A stretch of DNA of 64,000 nucleotides. Source: Thermoanaerobaculia bacterium (lineage in GTDB: Bacteria; Acidobacteriota; Thermoanaerobaculia; Multivoradales; Multivoraceae). Below the pieces are notes generated by a model. That model saw nothing but the letters and a program-made list of their open reading frames with translations. It searched no databases and was not told the DNA's origin. Shown piece after piece: positions 56,669 through 64,000 of the stretch (position 1 is the stretch's first letter; the number at the start of each line of letters is the position of its first letter). Where the stretch lies: the NCBI GenBank assembly GCA_963664405.1, contig OY761158.1, positions 5,664,001 to 5,728,000 of the forward strand, given 5' to 3'. The position numbers and the translations under genes were made by a program.

Positions 56669-57433
56669 ATGGCACCCCTCGAGATCGAGATCATTCCTGT
56701 TCTGAGCGACAACTATGTCTACGCCCTCCACGAGCCCACTTCGGGTGCTACCGGAGTCGTTGACCCGCCGGTGGTCGAGCCGGTTCTTGGCTGTCTCGAG
56801 GCGCGTGGGTGGAGCCTGGACTGGATCCTTTCCACCCATCATCATGCCGACCACACCGGCGGCAATTTGGAGCTCAAGGCCAAGACCGGATGCCGAATCG
56901 TGGGCCCGAAGAACGATCCGATCCCAGGTCTGGACCAGGGGGTGGGGGAGGGTGATCGCTTCAAGCTCGGCGAAGCGGAGGCGGTCGTGTTCGAGACCCC
57001 CGGCCATACCCGCGGTCACATTTCTTATTGGTTCGAGGGAGCGAGTGCCCTCTTTTGCGCCGATACTCTCTTCTCCCTTGGCTGTGGCCGTCTCTTCGAA
57101 GGCAGCCCTGAGCAGATGTGGCATTCACTTGGTAAGTTTCTTCCACTGCCGGATGAAACTCTCGTCTACTGTGGTCACGAGTACACACTCTCCAATGCCC
57201 GCTTCGCGCTGTCGATCGATCCGGACAACGCCGCCTTGCAGTCTCGCGCCGGCGAAATAGAGCGCCTCAGAGAGCAGGGAAAGCCGACGATCCCCTCTCA
57301 GCTCGGTGAAGAGAAGGCCGCCAATCCCTTTCTTCGTCCCAACGATGCGGCGATTCGTCGACGGCTCGGTATGGAGAGTGCGTCCGAGGCCGAGGTTTTT
57401 GGCGAGATCCGTCGGCGCAAGGACGCCTTCTGA
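56669..57433 (+). CDS. gloB: Hydroxyacylglutathione hydrolase (glyoxalase II)
   Basis: DNYVY, THHHADHTGG, TPGHT, GCGRLFEG, CGHEYT.SN, EKAANPFLR. Confidence 0.95.
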   Translation: MAPLEIEIIPVLSDNYVYALHEPTSGATGVVDPPVVEPVLGCLEARGWSLDWILSTHHHADHTGGNLELKAKTGCRIVGPKNDPIPGLDQGVGEGDRFKLGEAEAVVFETPGHTRGHISYWFEGASALFCADTLFSLGCGRLFEGSPEQMWHSLGKFLPLPDETLVYCGHEYTLSNARFALSIDPDNAALQSRAGEIERLREQGKPTIPSQLGEEKAANPFLRPNDAAIRRRLGMESASEAEVFGEIRRRKDAF

Positions 57434-57450
57434 GATCCGGAGCCGGCCTC

Positions 57451-59223
57451 TTAGCGGAGCAGGGCTTCGATCGTGTGAGCGGCGACGGGGTGGTAGCCGG
57501 GTTTGGCGCGCTCGAAGATCTCGACCGCCCTCTTGCACCCCGCTTCGGTCCGTGCGAGCTCATCGTAGAGAGGCTTGAGGAATTTTCGCCGACCTTGACT
57601 CATCAGGAACCTTTCCAAGGCGGCGTCCGCCGGCTGGTAAGCGTGGCGGATCGTGAGTAGCAGCCAAGCGGCGAGAATCTCGCAGTTGCCGGTCTCGGTG
57701 AAGCCGAAGGTCTTGTCGATGTCGGCGAGCTGCCTCTCCTTCAGCGCTCCTGGAAGATTGCGAAGAAAATGAAGCTTGCGCTGCGTCTCCCAGCCTTCGG
57801 TGGCGAGCTCCGCGGCTGGGGTACCGGCGAGGAGGCGTTGGATCTCCTGCTCGACGCGGGCGAGGGCCGGAGAGGAGGGTCGGGGGGCATCCGCCGGCAG
57901 GCCGGGACCGAAGACCCAGTCGTCGACATGAAGCCTCTCACGCGAGGTTCCCGCCGGCGCCAAGAGTGTAGTTTCGAGATAATCGAGGAAGCGCTCGGTG
58001 GACATCGACTGGAAGGCAAACTCGTCGAAGTAGCGGCGAACAAAGTCATCCCAGGCGCTTCGCCCGACCGCTTCCTCGAGCATGCGGAGGAAGAAGAACC
58101 CCTTGTCGTAGGCGATGAGATTCATGCCATCGTCGGGGTCGCGGCCAGCCAGAGACAGTTGCAGATGAGTGTCGGGGCTCGATGCACCGAGAGTCTCGAT
58201 TTCGTGGTCGAGCTCTTGGCGAGAGATCAGAGCGAGCATCTCGGCGTGGTCGGTCCCATACAGGGCCTCCATGATGCGATGTTCGAAGTAGGTCGTGAAG
58301 CCCTCGTTGAGCCAGAAGTCGTTCCAGCTGGCGTTGGTGACGAGGTTGCCTGACCAGGAATGAGCTAGCTCGTGGGCGACGAGCGAGACCAGGGAGCGGT
58401 CACCGGCGAGGATAGTAGGTGTCGCAAAGGTAAGGCGAGGGTTCTCCATGCCGCCGAACGGAAAGCTCGGCGGGAGGATGAGAAGGTCGTAACGGCCCCA
58501 TCGGTACGCGCCATAGAGATTCTCGGCAGCGGCGATCATCGACTCGGTGCCTGCGAGCTCCCAACTTGCGGCGTCTATCGTTTCAGGTTCAGCATAGACC
58601 CCTGTCCGGGGACCGAGCGACTGGAACTCGAGATTGCCGACAGCCAGCGCCATCAGGTATGAGGGGATCGGCTGCGTCATCTTGAAGCTGTACTTTCCGT
58701 CTCCGTTCCGCCTCCGTGGGTTTCGGGCGCTCATCAGTGCGATCATCCCGGTGGGTACGCGAACTTGCGCCTCGTAGGTGAAGCGCACGGCCGGAGAGTC
58801 CTGGAGGGGTACCCAGGTGCGTGCGAGAATTGCCTGGGACTGGGTGAACAGGAGCGGGTGATTCCCGTTTGCGGTCTGAGCCGGCTCGAGCCACTGCAGG
58901 GCGGTAGCGTTGGGACTGGTGCGATAGCTCAGGCTGACGCTCTGGGTCGAGGGGGCGAGCGATATCACCAGTGGCCGACCGAGAATCCCCTGGTCTTCAC
59001 CGAAAGCGAAGTCAAGGGCTTTGCCGTCATTCCCCTGAACCTGGTCGATGGCTAGGCCCCAGGTGTCGAGCACCAATTCCGAGGCTCCGTCGCTGCGCTT
59101 CAGTTCCAGCGTTGCCGTTCCTGTCAGCTGGCGCTGCCCGAAGTCGACCTCCAGGTCCAGGGCAAGGTGCTGAACGGAGGTCTCCCAGGGGCGTGCGAAG
59201 GAGTGAGGATCGTCGAAGCGCAT
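57451..59223 (-). CDS. M1 family aminopeptidase (LTA4-hydrolase-like)
   Basis: DPHSF, GGMENP, HELAH...WLNEGF, C-terminal GRRKF..PLY. Confidence 0.93.
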   Translation of the reverse strand: MRFDDPHSFARPWETSVQHLALDLEVDFGQRQLTGTATLELKRSDGASELVLDTWGLAIDQVQGNDGKALDFAFGEDQGILGRPLVISLAPSTQSVSLSYRTSPNATALQWLEPAQTANGNHPLLFTQSQAILARTWVPLQDSPAVRFTYEAQVRVPTGMIALMSARNPRRRNGDGKYSFKMTQPIPSYLMALAVGNLEFQSLGPRTGVYAEPETIDAASWELAGTESMIAAAENLYGAYRWGRYDLLILPPSFPFGGMENPRLTFATPTILAGDRSLVSLVAHELAHSWSGNLVTNASWNDFWLNEGFTTYFEHRIMEALYGTDHAEMLALISRQELDHEIETLGASSPDTHLQLSLAGRDPDDGMNLIAYDKGFFFLRMLEEAVGRSAWDDFVRRYFDEFAFQSMSTERFLDYLETTLLAPAGTSRERLHVDDWVFGPGLPADAPRPSSPALARVEQEIQRLLAGTPAAELATEGWETQRKLHFLRNLPGALKERQLADIDKTFGFTETGNCEILAAWLLLTIRHAYQPADAALERFLMSQGRRKFLKPLYDELARTEAGCKRAVEIFERAKPGYHPVAAHTIEALLR

Positions 59224-59228
59224 CAGTT

Positions 59229-59388
59229 CTAGTGTCCTGTATCAGTGGTTCGTTGCATAAATCGCGCAGTCATTTTGGGTGCTGCCAAGGCGCTACGACG
59301 AAGGTATATTGGGCAATATTTGAGCAACGACGGCAGCGCGCAAAAGGGCCAGCGAGTTGTGTGACGAACTACTGGTACAGGACACTAG
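59229..59388. mobile_element. MITE-like element, 160 bp
   Basis: TIRs CTAGTGTCCTGTATCAGTGGTTCG ... CGAACTACTGGTACAGGACACTAG. Confidence 0.8.
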
Positions 59389-59549
59389 ACCAGCGTTTCC
59401 AAAGTTCGCGCACATATCTCGGCCCCTTCTGTCCGCTGACGGCGTTTCGCCTCCTCGACATATTGCCCAATATGCCTGCGTCGGCGGGCCTGGCCAGCGA
59501 ACAGAATGACCTCGAGCTATGTACACGAACTTTGGAAACGCTGGTCTAG
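59385..59549. mobile_element. MITE-like element, 165 bp, abutting the previous one through a shared CTAG
   Basis: Perfect 24-bp TIR CTAGACCAGCGTTTCCAAAGTTCG ... CGAACTTTGGAAACGCTGGTCTAG; second copy at 62320-62532. Confidence 0.88.
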
Positions 59550-60454
59550 GTGGGGTGGCCTTGGATCTCGTCAGGTGTGGCGGCTCCGCCGCGGGCGAAG
59601 AGTAGGATCCTGTACTCCTTGAGCGCGAGGAAAGCCTCGGGGTCGACGCGCGGCCTCCAGCGCCTCTCTACTCGTTGTCGCAGTTGTCGTACTGCCAGTC
59701 GCAGACTCCGATACTTGAATCGACGACGAAGAGTTCGGGTCCATGAGTCGATTTTCGCACACTTGACTTCGAAGTCCTTGTCGAGATCGCGCAAGGCTCT
59801 GGTCACCACGTCGTCAAGAAATCGAGCGGCGATCTCGAGCGTGGGCAGGGTCTCTTTGGTGATGTCTTCGTCGAGCTGCAGCTGGAATCCGGCGTCTGCC
59901 GCCGCCGCGCGTAGGGCGCCCAGGGGATGCCCGCTGCGTTCGATGGGATGATCCTGCTCGGAGAGGGGGCGTCGGACGAAGTAGTCTGCGATGAGGAGAT
60001 ACCCGTCCTTTGCAAGAGCTCGGTCGGCGACGTCGAAGAGCCGGCTTAGATTGATGTACTGGCTGGATTCGCTCATCAGGATCAGTTCGAAGCGGCGGTC
60101 CGGCTCGAAGTCGTCGAAGCGGGTCAGGTACTTCGAGACCAAGCCGTCGCCGAGCTCTTCGAGCTGGTAGGAGTCTGGGGACAGCACCGAGACCTGGTGC
60201 CCACGGGCGCTCAACTCTTTAGCGGTAGTGCCGAAACCGCAGCCGACGTCGAGTAGGCTCGAGACTCTCAACGAGCTCACAATGTCGAGCAGTCGGGTCG
60301 CGTAGCGAGTTTGTGCCACGCGCAGCTCGGCAAAGCCCAAGTCCGGGCCTTTTTCTTCGAACAGGCCGTAGTGTAGATGCTCGAGGCCGAGGGTGTCGTG
60401 AAGGAAGCGGAGGACTGCATCCTGACTCGCTGCCTCGGCTCCAGAGTCGGGCAT
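59546..60454 (-). CDS. Class I SAM-dependent methyltransferase
   Basis: HLHYG, LLDVGCGFG, ESSQYI, LIADYF. Confidence 0.85.
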   Translation of the reverse strand: MPDSGAEAASQDAVLRFLHDTLGLEHLHYGLFEEKGPDLGFAELRVAQTRYATRLLDIVSSLRVSSLLDVGCGFGTTAKELSARGHQVSVLSPDSYQLEELGDGLVSKYLTRFDDFEPDRRFELILMSESSQYINLSRLFDVADRALAKDGYLLIADYFVRRPLSEQDHPIERSGHPLGALRAAAADAGFQLQLDEDITKETLPTLEIAARFLDDVVTRALRDLDKDFEVKCAKIDSWTRTLRRRFKYRSLRLAVRQLRQRVERRWRPRVDPEAFLALKEYRILLFARGGAATPDEIQGHPT

Positions 60455-60503
60455 AGGCCGGTCATCCTAGCAGCGCGCGGTGCGCTTCGGTCGACCTGAG
60501 CTA

Positions 60504-62237
60504 CTATCCACGGCTGAGAATGTCAGGTTTACGGGATGTGCTCTCGCCTGGCTGGGCTACGCTCTGATCCGTTCCTGAGTCGCGAGCCTTCGTTGACGTG
60601 CCCCTCGATCGCTGAATTCGTCCTTCGAGGCGTGGCGCCAGGGGCGAGCTCGAGCGAATGTGATCTTGCACGATGTCGGCCAGCACCTTGCCCTGGTCGT
60701 AGGGGTCGATTGCTCGCTCAGCCAGGATCGTGAACCCGTCTCCTCCGTTGCGAGTGAAATCGTTGGTGACGACTCTATAGAGGCGCTCGGGGTCGAGAGG
60801 ACTGAACCTTTCTGAGTCGAGCTCGACTTCAACCTCTTCGATTCGTTTCCCTACCGCGGCGTCCGGCGACCAGGAGTAGCGCAGCCCGGCGACCTGGAGA
60901 AAGCGACCGGTGCCGTCGTTGTCGAGGTTCTCCGCAACGCTGACGCCGTGCTCGAGGGCGGCAAGAAGGTCCTTGCCGTAGAGCGAGAAAGTGCTGGCGG
61001 TATTGCCGAAAGGGAGCACTTCGAGAATGTGGCCCACGGTGATTGGACCCGCGCTCAGGCTGGAGCGAATTCCTCCGGCGTTCTGCAGGGCGATCTCGAC
61101 CCCCTGATCTCGATGGGCGTCCAAGAGGGCGTCGGCGAGGAGATTACCCAGGTTGCACTCAGCGGCTCTGCAGACTCTCTCGCGACCGACCAGATCCACG
61201 GTCGTCTCGCCGACTGTAACCAGACTGAATCCGTCGAGCTCGGCAAGCATGGGCTCTACCAGGGTCAGGGTTTTTTCGTCCTTCTCGACTGACACGTCGA
61301 GCAGAATCGGCTCTCCTTCCCATGACCTGACCACCCCCTCTGCATCGAAGCGGGTTTCGAGGTGGCCGAGATATTTCCCCCAGGCAAAGTCGGTGACGAT
61401 GAGGACGGGCTCGCCGCGAGGCCCGTCGACCACCACCGGATACGGCCCCTCGGCGCCTTCAGCTATGTTGGAGAGCAGAGTGTTTGTGTGTCCCCCGACG
61501 ATGATGTCGAGGCCTGCCACCGATGCCGCGATCGATCGATCACGGCCGATGCCGGCGTGGCTCAGAAGGATGATCTTGTTGACGCCTTTCGCCTCCAGCT
61601 CCTCGACCCCCTCCGCTAACGATTCCTCGATCGCGAGGAAGTCGACGTCAGGCCCGGGTCGAGAGAGGATCCTGGTCTCCTCGGTCAGACAGCCCAGGAT
61701 GCCGATCTCGTGGCCTCCTATCTCGAGGATCGCCAGCTCTTCGAGCTTGCCGGCGAGGGCGGAGGTGTCGGCGACCTCGATATTGGTCATGACGACCGGG
61801 AAGTTCAGGCCCGCGATAAAGGGAGCGAGCACTTCAGGACCGTCGTCGAACTCGTGATTGCCCGGAACCATGGCGTCGTAACCCAGATGGTTCATCGCCC
61901 TCTGGGCGGCCAGTCCTCTGAAGCGGCTGTAGAAGAGAGTTCCCTGAAACTGATCTCCGGCATCGAGAAGAAGCACATGCGGTCGCTGGGCACGAACCCT
62001 CCGAATCTCAGTGGCTCGCCGGGCGACACCGCCGAAGCAAGCGCCTTCCGCTCGTTCGTCATCGCGGCACGAAGAGCCGTAGCGGTTGAACTCGACGATG
62101 CGAGCGTGGGTGTCGTTGGTATGGAGAAGAGTGAGCTCGAACGGCTCTCCAGGGTCGCCCGACTTGCAGGAGGCGCCCACGAGCAGCGCGATGGCTACGA
62201 GACCCCCGAGCAGGAGCCGGATCGCATCGTCCTTCAC
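60504..62237 (-). CDS. Bifunctional metallophosphatase / 5'-nucleotidase (lipoprotein-like)
   Basis: HTNDTH, DAGDQFQG, GNHEFD, LSHAG, GGHTN, NAGGIR, LPFGN, GGDG. Confidence 0.93.
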   Translation of the reverse strand: MKDDAIRLLLGGLVAIALLVGASCKSGDPGEPFELTLLHTNDTHARIVEFNRYGSSCRDDERAEGACFGGVARRATEIRRVRAQRPHVLLLDAGDQFQGTLFYSRFRGLAAQRAMNHLGYDAMVPGNHEFDDGPEVLAPFIAGLNFPVVMTNIEVADTSALAGKLEELAILEIGGHEIGILGCLTEETRILSRPGPDVDFLAIEESLAEGVEELEAKGVNKIILLSHAGIGRDRSIAASVAGLDIIVGGHTNTLLSNIAEGAEGPYPVVVDGPRGEPVLIVTDFAWGKYLGHLETRFDAEGVVRSWEGEPILLDVSVEKDEKTLTLVEPMLAELDGFSLVTVGETTVDLVGRERVCRAAECNLGNLLADALLDAHRDQGVEIALQNAGGIRSSLSAGPITVGHILEVLPFGNTASTFSLYGKDLLAALEHGVSVAENLDNDGTGRFLQVAGLRYSWSPDAAVGKRIEEVEVELDSERFSPLDPERLYRVVTNDFTRNGGDGFTILAERAIDPYDQGKVLADIVQDHIRSSSPLAPRLEGRIQRSRGTSTKARDSGTDQSVAQPGESTSRKPDILSRG

Positions 62238-62319
62238 TGTGGGGAGTCTATCGCCGCGCCTTGTTCATCGCGGTCTGCTTGCCGGGTTTCACACCGGACA
62301 CCGTCCATCGAGACAGAGA

Positions 62320-62532
62320 CTAGACCAGCGTTTCCGAAGTTCGAGTCGCATAGCTCGAGGTCATTCTGTTCGCTGGCTAGGAGCCTGCGAAGCAGGCGAG
62401 TAGTTCTCAGGCGGGGATGGGGGCGAGGCGCGCCGACGCAGGCATATTGGGAATCTGTCGAGGAGGTGCAACGCTGCCAGCGGGCAGAAGGGGCCGAGAT
62501 AGGTGGCGCGAACTTTGGAAACGCTGGTCTAG
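62320..62532. mobile_element. Inverted copy of the 59385-59549 MITE carrying an insertion of about 48 bp
   Basis: Same TIRs, body matches the reverse complement of 59385-59549, extra segment at about 62378-62425. Confidence 0.88.
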
Positions 62533-62537
62533 ATGGC

Positions 62538-64000
62538 CTAGCTGTCGATCCCCTCTCGAAGCTCCATGACCTCGTCGTAGAGCTTGGAGCGCCGTTGGCG
62601 CATCCGCTTGATGGCATCGAGATGCAGGCTCCCCGCGAACAGGCCTCGCAGGGTTCGAGCCAGCTCTCCGGCGAGGTGGTGATAGCGCAGGGCCAACCCG
62701 CCGCTCAGTGCGCAGAGGGCGAAGGTGAGAGCGGCTCGAGTGCTTGGGGCTTCTGGCATCCAGGATCTCGCCGGCCATAGAGAGGGTACATACCACCCAA
62801 CGACGACACTGACGGCCAGCCAGGTCAGTGGAAAGGCAAGCGTTCCGACCATGATCTTGAGGCCGGCTTGCTCCTTGCGAGTCTTCGACATGTTCTTGGC
62901 GATGTACTTGGAGAGAAGTGCGATCGGTACGTTGACGGCGTAGCCGAATAGCACCAGCGGAGGTAGTAGAACGAAGACCGCTACCGCTTCGAGCAGGAGC
63001 AACAGCGCCTGACCGCGGGCGCGACGGCGGGAGTGCGGATCGAGGTCCTTCTCCTCGATCCCGAGAATACGCATGATCTCCGCATAGTGGCGTACTCGCT
63101 TCATGAGCCTGGTTGTCTCTTCAGGATGGCTCTCTCGTCTCGAGGCATAGCCTTGCCATACACGCGCGAAGCCCATCTCTCGCTCCGCCATACCCGACGG
63201 GTCGAGGGCCGCGCCTGTCCGCGCCGCTCTCTCGGCTCGCACGAGCTCGCGAATTTGGTGCATCGCATCATGGAGCTCCCAGCTCTCCGTGGCATGCACG
63301 ACATCGTTCAAGGTGTGCTCGATGAGTGCGGTCAAAGTGGCAACGCGCTCGGTCTCCTGAGCTTCCTTGCCTTGCTCACCGGTGGCTGCGAGCTCAGCAG
63401 GAAGTTCGATGGGCGGATGGAACGCAACCAAGGCGCGAGACCGAAAGGCGTGCTTCTTGTCGTAGTGCAGCCCGACCGGAAGAATGATGGGCGCGGCGTT
63501 ACCGGCGCTCTCGTCGTTGTCGGCGCTCTCGGCTGCTAAGAAAAAGAGTCGTGCGGCTCCATAGCGAAGCTGCAGGGGCGTGGGCTCGTCGTGGGTCACG
63601 CCCTCGGGAAAGATGGCGACAAAGGAGTGTCGTGCGGCGGCCCCCATGCCGGCGAGGCTTTGCCGATTAGCCTCGCGTCGCTCCTGGTCGCTGGTGTGTG
63701 CACCGTTGTCCTGCGATCGATGAAGGGGCACGGTGCCCAGGGCGCGGAGAACGTGCCTGAGAACGGGGATGTCGAAGAGCCCATGCCGAACACCAAAGAC
63801 GACTTGGCGCGGGCAACTGGTGAGGATGAGCAGCCCGTCGACGAGACCATTGGGATGCCAGGCCACCAAGATGCCGCCACCGCGCACGGGGACATTTTCG
63901 AGGCCAAGTACCTCCACCTTGCGAAAGAAGATGGCGGCGAGTCCGGAAAGAGATCGGACCAGCAGTCGGGAGCCTAGAGTCGGCGCTGGCTTGGCGCGAC
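62538..64000 (-). CDS. Phospholipid/glycerol acyltransferase family membrane protein, 5' end beyond the window
   Basis: HPNGLVD (HxxxxD-like), IFPEG, PVGLHY, C-terminal TM helices. The frame stays open to the window edge. Confidence 0.85.
   Translation of the reverse strand, partial: RAKPAPTLGSRLLVRSLSGLAAIFFRKVEVLGLENVPVRGGGILVAWHPNGLVDGLLILTSCPRQVVFGVRHGLFDIPVLRHVLRALGTVPLHRSQDNGAHTSDQERREANRQSLAGMGAAARHSFVAIFPEGVTHDEPTPLQLRYGAARLFFLAAESADNDESAGNAAPIILPVGLHYDKKHAFRSRALVAFHPPIELPAELAATGEQGKEAQETERVATLTALIEHTLNDVVHATESWELHDAMHQIRELVRAERAARTGAALDPSGMAEREMGFARVWQGYASRRESHPEETTRLMKRVRHYAEIMRILGIEEKDLDPHSRRRARGQALLLLLEAVAVFVLLPPLVLFGYAVNVPIALLSKYIAKNMSKTRKEQAGLKIMVGTLAFPLTWLAVSVVVGWYVPSLWPARSWMPEAPSTRAALTFALCALSGGLALRYHHLAGELARTLRGLFAGSLHLDAIKRMRQRRSKLYDEVMELREGIDS

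Noticed and set aside
1-64000. tRNA/rRNA genes, prophage, defence systems
   Set aside because: None recognised by eye; a covariance-model scan would be needed to exclude small RNAs.

Overview
GC-rich bacterial chromosome window. The Acidobacterial-type VWA protein and the AroD-AroE fusion suggest Acidobacteriota, possibly Thermoanaerobaculia (inference). From left to right it holds: envelope and lipid genes (GT-C glycosyltransferase, LVIVD and YncE propellers, MsbA-like ABC transporter, FAAL, ACP, DUF374, GT4 genes); the yceD-rpmF-plsX-fabD-fabG-acpP-fabF cluster; an S9 peptidase; ETF-QO; a frameshifted ISKra4-like IS with 9-bp target duplication; a 19-gene coupled aroDE-his-trp-CM-aroF superoperon; then membrane and housekeeping genes. 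The best candidate for a new system is an unannotated 29-codon leader ORF (MLGVKINYAVSQAVAHGLWWVWVHPHAEE, 3 Trp + 3 His clustered) in front of the superoperon. It is followed by a terminator hairpin that also hides the first gene's Shine-Dalgarno, which suggests a dual His/Trp-sensing attenuator. The same operon ends with a DAHP-synthase homologue that lacks two metal ligands and the KPR lysine. Non-coding DNA carries two repeat families: a REP-like hairpin family, including a 5x128-bp array that duplicates the fabG 3' end, and CTAG/TTAG-bounded MITEs with a shared structured core. All calls come from reading motifs by eye; no database searches were run.
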